NCBI GenBank assembly: GCA_951406725.2 | Contig: OX597826.1 | Location: 83,080,001-83,144,000 of the forward strand | Reading direction: 5' to 3' | Source of the DNA: Octopus vulgaris | Taxonomy: Eukaryota | Length of the DNA stretch: 64,000 bases | In this document: positions 43,113-56,606 of the stretch, piece after piece | Layout of the letters: each line of letters starts with the position of its first letter | Position numbering within the stretch: position 1 is the first letter of the stretch | Position numbers and translations under genes: made by a program | Notes under the pieces: model-generated | The model's database searches: none | What the model saw: the letters and a program-made list of their open reading frames with translations, nothing else | Told to the model about the DNA's origin: nothing

Positions 43113-44937
43113 TATATATATACGTGTGTGTATTCATAAATATGTATAGATTGTTCGAAGTTGTGTACAGATTTTATACATTAAGAAAAAGGGGGGTAGA
43201 TACGTTTATGGATATATGTAATATACGCCAGAATCTATGCATAATCGTATTTGCGAAGAAAGGAGTGAAGGTGTGCGCCCACTTCTGTTTGGACTCCTAC
43301 CACCACCACCACCCCCTCTTTATGCCTCAATGATTTTTCTAAGTTCACCGCATGGGTGTTATTTAATTGTGGAGCAATCATTGGTTATTTATCTTCATTG
43401 GTACTTCTTCCTCCATTCTTATGTATGTGCATGTGTGTATGGGGAGAGAGAGAGAGACAGACAGACAGAGGGAGCGAGAGAGAGACAGAGACAGCAGGAG
43501 AGAGACAGAGAGAGCGAGAGAGAAGCATAAATATATCCATATACGCGCGCGCACACGCATGTATATACATACAAATATAACTCTGTGTGTGTGTGTGTGT
43601 CTGTGTGTGCATGTGTGTATCTCTGTGGGCATATGTAAGCGTTTATATTTAGAACGTAAAAAAATCCCTTTTAAAATATAGAATTGATTCATACCATTTA
43701 GTCGTTTCAATATAATCCAATAACTTTAAGACGCTTCTAGATTTTAGCACAATCACAATTTTACAATATTAACCTCGATCGTGTAACTATTTATTTATTC
43801 ATCCTACATAGATAGAGCTACGCTCTAATTCAGTTAATCTCAACTTTTGTCTGTTTATTGTATAAGCTATAATATAAAATTTTTGTTATCTATTTTCTTT
43901 TTTTTTTTCTTTTTTCTATTGCATTTTATCAAATCAGACGCACTCGAAACGCACACAAAATATTCATAGAGCGATTCAACATGATTTTCAACACGAAACT
44001 GATGCCGACATGGAATAAAAACAAACAAAGAAAGACATGTTCGTGAAACTTTGTTGCAGTTTTCAGGAGGGTATATTTGCTTTTTCTAATTTTATTGTCA
44101 ATTGTGCAGCTGAGAATAAATCTTATTTGATAACAATCGCTTTTACTCCCCAGTGGTATTCAGCTTCACAACACAAACATGCGTACATTCAGTGACACCC
44201 ACACAAACTCACAAATTCGCTCACTTTAAGGAACCCGTTTGCGCATATACAGTCTCACTCATAGGAACATGCTCCTCTCTTTCTCTATCTCTCTCTTTTC
44301 CTCTCTCTCTCTCTCTCTCTCTCTCACGCACACATCCACACAAATTAGTACCAGTACACGTATATATGTGCGCACGTATTTATATGTGTGCGTGTGTGCG
44401 TAAGTGTATACATACATATACACACATATATATATGCATTTATATACAAATATACATGCATACATGTAGATACACGCACACACGCACACACACACATACA
44501 CACATATATAAACAATTTAATATTAAACTCAAGAATTACTCAATACATTTTTTAATATTGCGTAATAACTATCAAATTTTAAAAGAATTTATCTTCAAGT
44601 TTCAGGTTGCTCGCCTTCATCAGACCGTGTTTTACTTCTTGGCTTCTATTTAGTTAAATATAGTCTTTGGCGAGTTGCATTTCGAGTATGTGGAGCTATG
44701 TGAGTAATAAACAGATGTCGTTTGGTTATATATTCCCAAACTATAAAGGTTAAACAATTTTTCACGGAAATCTAATAAAATGAACATTAGTTTAACCTCA
44801 GTTTGACCTGTCCTGTGTAACAACTTATTTATAAACAAACTTTTTTTTTGGTGGTGGGGAACCAAACGCATAACAAAAAACAACTTTCTATACAGTGTTG
44901 GGATCTGACTTCGGTACAGAAACACGAAGTACACACA

Positions 44938-45003
<66 letters not shown>

Positions 45004-45989
45004 GAAAACAAGACTGTTTATTGACTTCATCTGGATTTTTCCATATTTTCGTTTGAATTTCTGGGAATATCTTTGAAACACTATAATTCCTCGATCCATT
45101 TCAGACATTTCTAGATCTTCATAATACTCTCTTCGGGAAGAAGTGGCTTATTTTCTGTCAGCTTAGAATATGCAATGATAATGTGGTTCTTGTAGACATT
45201 GCACTGAAGTTGGAATTTTCGTTGATGGATCAATAACTCATCAGTCCTGGACACAAGACATTGAAAATTTTAAACCTTTCTGAATGGATTTCAGAACTTT
45301 ACTTTCCAAATATACCGTTTGTAACTTGCAGGAAAATAGGAACTAAAAGCCTTGATATAAACGATAAAACTGAAACACGGCTATCAACGGTTTACGTCAA
45401 ACAGAAATTATTTTCCTCGTATATATAAATATAAACTACAAAAGAAAACGGCAAAACCAGAAATGTACGACAAAATTCCATATGAAATTGATGAAAAGGA
45501 AAATCCACACAGCAACTCAGAATATATAAAATCTATGTGTGAAAATTCTATGGTTAAAGACAGCAATAAATCAGTAAAAAAAAATTATTTAACAATATAT
45601 ATGCAGATATTGATAATACAGAAACATTTTTCATGTCGAAACAGACACAGAAATATAATAAATAAACGAAGTCATATCAACAAAATAAAATATTTTCTAC
45701 CCTCGTTAAAAAAAATAAATTCCCCACGCTTCCACAAGATATTTCTGTACAAATCCAATACGTAGTATTCTTCAACCTCGGTTAACTTAGATCTACAATC
45801 AACATAAATGCCAAAAAGGAAAAAGTTGAAATCAAAGTAGTCCAGGAAAGCCTAAAGTATAAACGTTATGAACATAAACGATAAACTTCAAAATTTGCTT
45901 CGAGCTGGAATAACAAAAGTAGAAACCCATGCAGCAATTAGCAAACATTCAACATAAACATTAAACAAACCTGGTTTAGAAAATAACAA

Positions 45990-46092
45990 TGTTCTTCTCT
46001 ACTCTAGGCACAAGGCCCAAAATTTGGGGGGAGGGGCCAGTCGATTAGATCGACCCCAGTACACAACTGGTATTTAATTTATCGACCCCGCC
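45990..46092 (-). mobile_element. tRNA-derived SINE 3' fragment
   Basis: gtcgattagatcgaccccagt..actggtatttaatttatcgacccc. Confidence 0.7.
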
Positions 46093-46149
46093 TTAAATAC
46101 ACACTAAACCGAGAAAGAATTTGGTAACTTATCAGCAATACATACAAGG

Positions 46150-47400
46150 AAGATAATTTAAAGTGTCATCTTGTGAGTTTGAATAATGTTTGAAGGAAAA
46201 CTATTAAATTAAGGAACTTTGCTACCTTACTTCCGCAAAGTCTTTTATCAACGCTCCAGGTGCAGAGAAATTAGGAAGATTTAAATATGTGTAAAAAGGT
46301 ACAACAAAACAACCTCTGACCACAACCTACCGAGGAAATTATTAGCGTTCTGTATAGGAGAAACACTCCTTCACTACTGAGGTTGATATTTGAGCTATTG
46401 GGTAACAACAAAAAATATATTTGTATCAAGACATAAGCAAATATATACACCAGTTGTGTGGATTATATGATTACTGTTATGAATGCACCAGAAGGCATCG
46501 ACAAATTTCAAGAAGACATAAGAATACCATTCTAAATTCAACCTCGGGAACAGTAGGAACAATGACTCACTTTTCGAATTCTTATTGAGATGAAATATCC
46601 ATGACGTCTGGTTGCACTAAAAAGTCACAAATGGACGCAAATACTTGCATGGAGACATCGAGCATTGACCAAAATACAAAATGTTAATTGATCTCCAGAA
46701 ACAAACCGACGGATTTAGATTACGGAATAAATAAATACTAATGAATGACGTTTGTAAGAATGAAATGCATGTTAAATACATATTTATCCCAAACTAAATC
46801 AACAAACATGAAATGTGTCAATCCTTCAGATAACACTAATAATGGACTGCAAAGACACTGAAACAAAAGTATAAATAACAAATGACCATAAAACTGCCAA
46901 AGGAGCGAGTAATGCCAAATATGGTCAATAGGTTTTGTCGTATGAGGATGATAAATTTATGAATGTGGTTCTTGTGTACGATACTTTCTCGCGAAAGGAG
47001 ATTGCAATTTGCAACAAGCAGGAATTCTCATGCACCAAGCAACAAAACTTGATAGGAAAGTATTACTGAATCGTCCACCAAAAGTCTTTTGAATTTCAAA
47101 TAACAATAGATGATTAATAATGGAATCAATATTTATACCGTGGCACAACATTAAATCAACCCAGACTACACACCCTAGCAACAAACAAAAACTGTCCTTG
47201 ATTGATGAGGTATAAATCTAACGGGTAAGACTGTAATTCTTGCGGCAATATCGACATCAATCATAATGGCCAAGTTCACCTTTAAGAGACGACAAAACAC
47301 ACCAATGTCATTTCAACATCAAAAATAAGACTATGAATATTGAGAAACGTAGGTGATGGATTTGATAAGTTTACTCTCTCAAACAAAATGCAAGAAACGC
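46150..47400 (+). pseudogene. Highly degraded Penelope-like RT + GIY-YIG region
   Basis: CVDYMITVMNAPEGIDKFQED near 46455 (YVDD-like), and YKSNG*DCNSC near 47210 (YKI.C.DC..YIG-like); many stops. Confidence 0.4.
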
Positions 47401-47509
47401 AGCTGAAACTATGAAATACAAATCTTGTTCAAAATAATAAAAGTAAAGCATAAATGTTTTTAGTCCTAAAAGAAAATGTTTTTCTCATAACTAAGATGAA
47501 GATATATAT

Positions 47510-47813
47510 AATTATAATTTAGGGTATCTAAGAGATGCCACCTCACTTGGAATAGCAGTCAAAACTTGACTCTAAAACCACATTAAATGTAGCAAAAATT
47601 TTTGGCTTGTTTATTTTGTCTTTTTGTCTTCTCTCCTGGTGCTGTATGAACATTTAATGCGGTTTCAGAGTCAAGTTTTGACTGCTATTTCCAGCGTGGT
47701 AGTATCTCTTCGGTACCCTAAATAATAATTTTAAATAATTATTACCATTGAAACGTTTTTATTCCCACGTTGGCCACCTGATAAAATCGGTATTTAAGTA
47801 GCGATCTTATCCT
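47510..47813. repeat. Foldback inverted repeat (~80-bp arms, ~60-bp loop), MITE-like
   Basis: 47510-47590 pairs with 47650-47730; family also at 40372-40533. Confidence 0.85.
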
Positions 47814-48058
47814 CGAGCGTTGTACTAATACATCTGTTTGTTTTGTACACCACCTGTCTTCGTCTTTTGCTTTTTTCGTAAACTCTCCCTATATATATAT
47901 ATATATATATATATGCATATTCAAATATTTATACAAATGCATATACCTATATATATATATGGATATGTGCGTGTGTGCTTATATACCTATGCATACACAT
48001 ATGTGTGTATGTGTGTGCGAGAGAGAGAGAGAGAGAGATGAAGCGTGTGAGTGTGTAC

Positions 48059-48089
<31 letters not shown>

Positions 48090-48211
48090 TGTATGTATGT
48101 ATGTTTGTATTTCCGCCATGTAACTACAGGCGTGCTTTACTTGAACTTTTCCCCTTCTCTCTGACGCTTTTCTGTCTCCTCTTTCTGACGAAGAACCCTG
48201 CTCGAAACGTT
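47811..48211 (+). mobile_element. Penelope-type terminal repeat unit ending in a minimal hammerhead core
   Basis: CTGACGAA-GAAC-CCT-GCTC-GAAA-CGT at 48185-48210; 47811-47890 resembles the post-hammerhead tail of 7455-7545 (minus). Confidence 0.55.
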
Positions 48212-49096
48212 CTGCATCTTAAACTGAGCCTATTACATCAGCCATGCAACTTCTTTTGACTTTGGTTGTTTTTGTTGTTATTTTCCATTTGCTTATGTTT
48301 ATATATAAACATGCACACACACACACACACGTGTGTGTTTGCGTTTATACGCGTATTAAAATAAGATCAACCTAACAAACTATCGACGTGACACTGAGAT
48401 TCGTGTAAAAATGACATTTTTACACTCATTAGTTAGACGCGTTGTGGATTGATTTGAGCAATGCCAAAGATGGCTGCTATGCAAAGCCTTTCGAAAAGCA
48501 AAAGGGATATCGTTTATGGTAAAGACAAAAATGCAGTTATTTAGATTTCAAAACGTAGCGACTATAAGTTGTGCTGGAGAATTAAAGAGTAATTTCCTTT
48601 GGATGACTATGTAAATGCATTTGATACCAGAATGCAGATTAGGACAGAAAATTAAATGTAAGCTGAGAAAGAGACGGAGAGGTAAAGAGAGAAAAGAAGG
48701 AGGAGGCGAAAAAAAGGAAGAATAAAGAGTACTAAGGGGACAGAAATATTAAATGTTCATTAGATAAGTGGTGGCTGTGCAGAGGATGGACTGTGAGATG
48801 CGGTGGAAGGCTAGGGAGAATAGGTGTCGGTCCCAATCAACGATGCTTTCAACCAGTATATTTTGATATACTTTTACTCGTATAAACAAAATAAACGTCC
48901 CAATCTCGGCATATTTGGTAGATTTTGGCGCCAGGCAGCTCTTAACTATTCATCTCTTCTCCGCTAAAATGAATCCATATCTTCTGCTGCCAATCATATA
49001 TATACACCTATAGATGTGTGCACAAAAATTTATATACAGACAGACAGACACACAGATATATAGACAGTCGTCAGACAAACAGACAGATAGATAGAT

Positions 49097-50011
49097 ATGT
49101 TTCTTTACTGGCCACACAAGACTGAATACAGAGTAGACAAAATACACAGTAGAGCTTTTCTTTTTGGGAAGAAGAAGAGAAAAAAAATGGGTCGAATTTC
49201 GATCAAAAGGGATCGTGGAAAAAAAAAGAAAAAGAAAGGTCGAGCAATAGCGATCGTATATCACAGAAATGTCAATGTAAAGGGGGAAAACAGATTAGGT
49301 TTATCGTGGAAAGAAAAGCCTATGGAAAAGATCACGGTAACCTTGGACAATAGTCATACAAAAAAATCACATTTCTTTTTTTGGTTCATAGGATTATGCT
49401 CAAGCTGGCCACGTCGTTTACACGTGCCATCCTTGCTACATTCACTCATCTTTTTTTGGAACATTCGCTAGACAAAACTTCCCTCTCTACTCTCGCCTTC
49501 CTCTTCAAGTGATACTTGAAGAGGTTGATGAGAGATTGACCAGAGAGGAAAGTGTTTGTCTCCAATCCTTTCAGACGCGTCCACCAAATACATTCTTTCG
49601 CCATAGCCACACGTACGATGAAAACGGCTCTTCCTTCCCGTTTCAAGGCTGGAGGTGCAACAATACTCACGATAGACTCAGTTGATAAACTGACTCGTCC
49701 CACACGCAATAGCAGTCGTTCGACATAGGCCCACAGATCGGAAATGGTTGGACAATGTACGAGTGCGTGCAGGACGGTTTCGTCGCTCTGATCGCATCTC
49801 GAGCAGGTCGGCCCCGTGTTTCTCGAGCCATACCTGTAGAGCTTATCCCGAACGGGTTGCGCTTTTCGATAGCACAGCCAGGCCAGGGATCTCTGGAAGT
49901 TGTCCATAGGTCCCGACCCGAAAGTCGTCTTGAACAGACGGGTCAGGTACTCCTCGTCGACGCCCAGGTTCGCCCCGAGATCGTCGGCGTACCTGCCATC
50001 CACTAATCCTC
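49097..50011 (-). mobile_element. Tx1/L1-clade LINE 3' fragment (zf-RVT) with 3' UTR
   Basis: ORF 49446-50003 SLAWLCYRKAQPVRDKLY..CSRCDQSDETVLHALVHC..AKECIWWTR; 3' end GTGGCCAGTAAAGAAAC followed by (ATCT/GTCT)n. Confidence 0.85.
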
Positions 50012-50025
50012 TATAGAATGCTTTG

Positions 50026-50351
50026 TGAGGGCGCGTGGCTTAGTGGTTAGGGCATTCGGCTCATGATCGTAAGGTTGTGAGTTCGATTCCCGGCGATGCG
50101 TTATGTCCTTGAGCAAGACACTTTATTTCACGTTGCTCCAGTCCACTCAGCTGGCAAAAATGAGTTGTACTTGTATTTCAAAGGGTCAGCCTTGTCACTC
50201 TCTGTGTCACGCTGATTATCCCCGAGATCTACGTTATGGGTACACGTGTCTGTGGAATGCTCAGCCATTTGCACGTTAATTTCACGAGCAAGCTGTTCCG
50301 TTGATCGTATCAGCTGGGACCCTCGTCGTCGTAACCGGCGGAGTCTTTATT
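50026..50351 (+). mobile_element. Full-length tRNA-derived SINE with 14-bp target-site duplication
   Basis: A box TGGCTTAGTGG, B box GAGTTCGATTCCC, GTCCTTGAGCAAGACACTT core; TATAGAATGCTTTG at 50012-50025 and 50352-50365. Confidence 0.95.
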
Positions 50352-50589
50352 TATAGAATGCTTTGGTTGTGTTGAAGTCGCTGGGACGGCATAGTTGCTT
50401 GCGAGCAACGCGCCAGTCGCCCTTCTTCGGCCTCTTTTTGATCCACAACTGCAGTCCGGTTATGGAGACGAGCTGCAGAAAAGCGCACCTCACAAACGGC
50501 GACCATACCTGTTCGCCGTCGTCTACGTAAAGCCGGAGATGTCGCAGTCTCAGCGTGTCTGAGCATCATCAACCACAATTACGTCGACT

Positions 50590-50735
50590 CTAGTGTTCAA
50601 CTGATTTAATCGACCCCGAGAGGATAAAAGGTAAAGTCGACCTCGGCGGCATTTGAACTCAGAACGTACAATCGGAAGAAATACCTCTAAGCATCTTTTC
50701 AGTGGCGTTAACAATTCTTATAACTCGCCGCCTCA
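50590..50735 (-). mobile_element. tRNA-derived SINE fragment
   Basis: atcgaccccgagaggataaaaggtaaagtcgacctcggcggcatttgaactcagaacg. Confidence 0.75.
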
Positions 50736-51249
50736 CACGTCTTAAAAATTGCTTCATAATCTTTCTCAGTTTTGAAGTGACTAAACTGGGTAACTGGAAG
50801 TCGGAAAGTCATTTTGATCTAACGTTACCACGACTGTCCGAGATGTGATATATGTGCAGTTCGAATTCCGTGGGTTGCTGTCTATTTTTTTGTCGCTGAA
50901 GGAATTTTTTCACCCAATGTACGATGAGCTTTTATTCCTAGCTTCCATTCGCATTCGAGCCACTTGTCAGAAGAAACTACCTGCGCGCGCGTGACGTGTG
51001 TCTGTACAACATAAACCCGATTGACACAGTTTATTAGCAAAATAATATCGAAGAAATCTATTTGAATAGAATAAAATACAAATAAAGCAGCTATTGCTCC
51101 ACAAACGTAGAAAATATTTCGCTGAAATTGTGTTAATTTTACCATATTTCTTAGTAATTCAATAATAAAGGTTAGCGAAGCTGTGTTCATTATCAACAGT
51201 TTGTTAGAAAGGCAGTTTTATACTCTTTTGTAGTTCGTTTAAAAATGTT

Positions 51250-51960
51250 TCAGAAATAATAAATGCTTTCGAATTAATTTCTTTGAAAATACTTTCCAAG
51301 TTGACCAGCATCTATTTCTTTCATTCTTGCGTTTATAGTAACGGAGTTCTTTGTTCAAATTCTGCCAAGCTTTCAGATTCGTACGAGGTTAGGATCAATA
51401 TTCATTAATGATTAATGAACTTTTCAAATTTTTAAATAATCATCTCAACTGATTTTACGGTCATTTCTTTCATTGTTGGTCCTTTTCACAAACTGTTCGA
51501 TTGTCCGATCCTTCCTTTTCGCGCTTTTCATTCATATACAGAAGGTGCTGATTGATAGATTCCTCTGAATGGGATGTAATTCACTAATATCTATATCATC
51601 TCACATTTAACAATCTTTCGACACTTTAAATGCAGATTATCATGTTTGTTCTGCGATTAAAAAAAGAATTATTCATTCCATAAATAAGCTTGTTTCATCA
51701 ACGCCAAATATTTCTCCGTCACAATAACCTTCTTCTTCGATTATTTCTTTAAAGAAAAGATAAGTTTTTCGGTTACGTTTTTTGTCTGCTCTTGTATCCT
51801 CACCCGTAATACAAACATCATGGGTTCCTCTCAGAGTATTGACTTTATCAGATAAACTATAACCAGCAGTAAAACTTTCCACAGTTCTTGATGGATTCTC
51901 ATTTCATTTTTATATGCAGTCCCCCACCCCATCTGAAACCGTAACAGCTTTCCTTTCAAT
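51250..51960 (-). mobile_element. pogo/Tigger DDE transposase remnant
   Basis: ORF 51673-51882 ITGEDTRADK..IIEEEGY..EIFGVDETSLF resembles ITGEAASAD..QIFNVDETGLF. Confidence 0.7.
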
Positions 51961-52315
51961 CCTGTTGTTGGCATGTGCATATATATGTTGCGGGATGTGT
52001 GTATGTATCTATCTATATGTATCTATGTATGTATGTACCTATCTATATGTATGTGTGTATGTATGTATGTATGTATGTATGTATGTACGTATGTATGTAC
52101 ACCATAATGATGATGATGATGAAGGCTGAAGCCCCAGCGGCAGCATTCGACGTTTTCTATTTTCAACCCAATGTTTAGATGCTATTATTTATAGCCTTAT
52201 GTATAGTTCGAGATCTACTTCTCCAAAAACAACACACACACGTACGTATGTATGTATGCATGTATGTATGTATTATGTATAAACATAAACACTCGCATAT
52301 CTACACATACAGAAA

Positions 52316-52357
<42 letters not shown>

Positions 52358-52358
<1 letters not shown>

Positions 52359-52758
52359 TTCTTTACTGCCCACAGGGGGCTAAACATAGAGGGGACAAAC
52401 AAGGACACACAAAGCGACTAAGTCGATTACATCGACCCCAGTGTCTAACTGGTACTTATTTAATCGACCCCGAAAGGATGAAAGGCAAAGTTGACCTCGG
52501 TGGATTTTGAACTCAGAACGTAACGGCAGCCGAAATACCTATTTCTTTACTACCCACAAGGGGCTAAACACAGAGCGGACAAACAAGGACAGACAAACGG
52601 ATTAAGTCGATTATATTGACCCCAGTGCCTAACTGGTACTTATTTAATCGACCCCGAAAGGATGAAAGGCAAAGTTGACCTCGGCGGAATTTGAACTCAG
52701 AAAGTAGCAGCAGCCGAAATACCGCTGAGTATTCCGGCCGGCGTGCTAACGATTCTGC
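52358..52758 (-). mobile_element. Head-to-tail SINE dimer with Tx1-like 3' tail
   Basis: Units 52358-52540 and 52541-52758, each with the TTCATCCTTTCGGGGTCGATTAAA core and a 3' end GTGGG.AGTAAAGAAAT. Confidence 0.88.
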
Positions 52759-52987
52759 ATGTGTATGTATGTGTAAATGAATGTATGTATATATCTATAA
52801 TTTTAGCGATAAATATAGAACATCAACATCATGTCAATGACATTTTGGAGAAACAACAGCATCAATCTCATCTGTTATCTTCTGGTGTTGTTTATGCAAG
52901 TAATTCTTCTTTATAATTTTTCTCTCACTCTTTATCGACCAGAAAGAGCGTGAAATTGCGTGTGTTGACCAATATTAGAGAATTGTA

Positions 52988-53187
52988 AGGCGCCGCCGTT
53001 CCGGTAGAATCGCTAGCACGTCGGACAAAATGCTTAGCATCATTTCAAATTCGCCGAGCCCGATTTTACCTTTCGGGGTCAATAAAATAGGTACCAGTTG
53101 AGCATTGAGGTCAATGCTGAGCACTGGGGTCGATGTAATTGACTAACCCACTCCATCCAAATTGCTGGCCTTCTGCCAAAGATTGAA
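52988..53187 (+). mobile_element. tRNA-derived SINE flanked by a 20-bp direct repeat
   Basis: ACCAATATTAGAGAATTGTA at 52968-52987 and 53188-53207. Confidence 0.85.
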
Positions 53188-54572
53188 ACCAATATTAGAG
53201 AATTGTATGAAAGCACAGTTTAATTGAAATTTTGATGAAAATAGTTGCCAGGCTTTCGGTGCCATGCACTTGGAATGGATATTTCATTCTGCCAGTAATG
53301 ACAGCTTTATAAGCTGAGTCACACTTTAACCAAGAAACAGCATTACGCCAATAGCTTCTTTTTTTTTATTTCTTTTTTTTGCTAACATTTTCATAGAAAT
53401 AATTACTCGTTGTAGCTTCGATAGCTGGTACCGTTGTGAGTCGGGATTTTTCAAGATTCTTAGATCACCAACAGTGGCAAACAATTCACAGTATCTCTGA
53501 TATCCGGTTAAAATATGACAGTTTTTGCTTCAGGATCTTAAATTTTTCGGTCGAGTCTAAAGTTCTACACCTTTAAAGAGTCACATGGCCTAAGTTAAGT
53601 TCCGGAACTTGAGTATCGTTAAGTGACTGGCATTTGCTTCGTTTCATTTAAATACTTTAATTGCTACAATTAAATAGTTCCTGAGACCGCTCCCGTGTGG
53701 TAATTCTCATTGAATGCAATAGAGGTTTGGAGACAATGTGGCTTCAAAGAATATTGAAGTTAAGCACTCTCAACCCTAACACAATGGAAGAGGGGCTGAC
53801 AATAATTGTTATACGAATTTATCAACATTTTGAGGAATCGAATTTTTCTAAATCTCTACTTCAATCAAGAATTAATGATAATTTTATATCTCATGTTGCA
53901 GTTTTTACGGACATTCAGTAACTAAGGAGTAACATGTCCTCCAGGAACTGGAGTATCGTTTATCGAGCCATGCCGTATATTAAAGTGTGGCTCCGTAGAT
54001 TCTGACAAACAGAAGAGTTTCGAATCCAGGGGCTATATAAGACACTCTTAATCAGAGACCAAAGATACTGTCCAGTTCTCGGCACCAGTGGTGTTTCCAA
54101 AATTTTCAGCCACCCGAACAAACGACCAATAAAAATCTGATGCAAAAGTAAGCAGTATGTGTCACAAAGGAGAAAATGAAAACAAGGCATTAACCATGGA
54201 TTAGACGCTGTTTGCAGACAATGCGGAAAAGAGCAGCGCCAGAAGGTAAACTGGAGCGCCATATGAAGTTTCTGCAAAACAACATTATAGAACTCAATAC
54301 AAGTGATGCCCGTCGTAGCCACATCTGTACAAAGAGGTGTCAGGACCGAAAAGTTACTAATAACGTGAAAGTGTTCCAACGGGCTCAGGCAATGAGAGGC
54401 AGAATTATTATAAGTAGTACAACTTTTATTGGTCGCCACTGCGCTTCACCCAACGTAAATACGCCATTGTATAATTCCGTTTTGCGGATTTTTGTGGGCA
54501 TTTCCGAAATACTTTCAAATCTTCACAGATATAGCCTGTCCATGAAAAACTTGTGCGTGTGTGTGTGCGTGT

Positions 54573-54638
<66 letters not shown>

Positions 54639-54919
54639 GTATGCACTCATTACAAATGAGGAGTTCACTCTATCTGGAACTCTGATTCGCATAAACAGGA
54701 TTGGACATTTTGCTATCTGTTCGTTCAATTAATTGTTGAAACAAGTAAGGACGTGAGTTTGCATAATATTACGTAAGTCGAATAAGTTTTTATTATTCGT
54801 CATGAAACCAGTCATAGCCAGACTCACACCGCTTGGAACTTCCATAGGTTTTACATACAGCCATACAAAGACATCATATAAACGTGTGCGTGTGCGTATA
54901 CACGTACGTATATAGACAT

Positions 54920-54992
<73 letters not shown>

Positions 54993-56394
54993 TGTATGTA
55001 TATGTATACACACACGCACACACAAACATACAATGCACGCGTATACTTATGTGTGGGCGTGTGAGAGTGATACAGAAAAAGAAATACAGAGAGTGAAAGA
55101 GAGGACTAAGGAAAGAGCGATAAACACTCTTTCTCATTCTCCTTCTCTCCCTCTCCCTCTCACCCCGTCTCTCTCTCTCCCTCTCTCTCTCCCTCTCTCT
55201 GATAAATTGTTTGGTAACTTATGACTCATATTGTTGATTCTTTTTTGCTTTTTTTTCATTCCTCTTCTGTTTGTTTTTAATTCTTTTTCTTTGAGTTGTT
55301 TGTGTTTTTCAAAGGTTGTATTTTTATTTTTATTTTTGTTTATTTTTTTCTTCTTTTGCACTTTTTATTTCTTTAATAAACAAAGAAACAACTCTGAGTC
55401 GTCAGAATTACTTTATCAAACTAAACGCTCAACTTCCTCTGCTCCGTTATCATTGATGTTGTTGCTACTGTTGCTGCCTTAGTTAAACCGATCTATAATT
55501 AAAAGCATTACACTAATCAGTATACAGATTTAGATTTCCAGTTATTTGCGAATGGATTATCCATTATATATCCTTCTGGGGCGGTAGAGTTAATTTGAGA
55601 AAGATTTAGCTGCTGTTTCTGGTTGATCAAACAATAACTTTGAGGCCTTTTATTGACTCATATAGATATACATCATCGTTATAGGTTGTGGGAAAATGCA
55701 ATATTTCATACTACCTTAAAGACTTTTCAGCAAGCCCCTGCGATGGGCTAATGGGCCTACGGATTAAAACTAAAAGGAGTCAAATAGAATGACTGTAATA
55801 CGTCTATAATGAGTATATGCCCCAGTGGTGTTTGATCAGAGGTTAAGGACGGATGAGAATTAATTCCGTAATGCAATCATTCTATTGTTCCAGTTGCTAT
55901 TTCAATTCTGTGTTGGCTAATATGTCCCGAAGTTTTTATCGCGACGTAAAATTAACGAAGTGAATGTCATCCATCTCTCCCTTTGATCTCTGACGTCATT
56001 CGACAAACGCCAATCAAGATGGCGTGAATCAGCCAAGCATTACCTGCTAGAAATAGCAACCCAAATGCTTTTAAATCTGATCCTAATGCTGGTTATTCAA
56101 GAACCAAACGAAGGGCAGATTTTCAATCTCGGGACTATCCTCATTCCAAAAGGGTATATGTCTATGACGAGCAAATGTCGACTGTGATACAGGGGTTCCA
56201 GATGGACAGACAGAATTCACTTTTATTGTTATATATATATATATATATATATATGATTTTTTTATTAAGTGTTTGTAAGTATGTATGTATGTATGTATTA
56301 TGTATGTATGTGCGTGTGTATGTATGCGTGTGTGTGCATTTTACCTATACAAGATGTATATATGTATATATACATATTTATGTGTACATATAAA

Positions 56395-56606
56395 AGCGGC
56401 AAGCTGGCCGAATCGTTAGCACACTGGACGGAATGCTTAGCGGTATTTCGTCTGCCGCTACGTCTAAGTTCCAATTCCGCCGAGCTCGACTTTGCCTTTC
56501 ATCCTTTCGGGATCGATAAATCAAATACCAGCGAAACACTGAGGCCGATGTAATCGACTGACCTCCACCCCCATAATTTCAGGCTTTTGCCTATAGCAGA
56601 AAGGAT
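56395..56606 (+). mobile_element. Near full-length tRNA-derived SINE (Meta-domain-like core)
   Basis: ctggccgaatcgttagc head, aagttccaattcc B-box-like motif, gcctttcatcctttcgggatcgataaa core. Confidence 0.85.

Noticed and set aside
53960-54540. 157-159-aa ORFs as genes
   Set aside because: No domain recognised; faint CR1-like traces (LYKTL..YC) suggest decayed LINE, too weak to annotate
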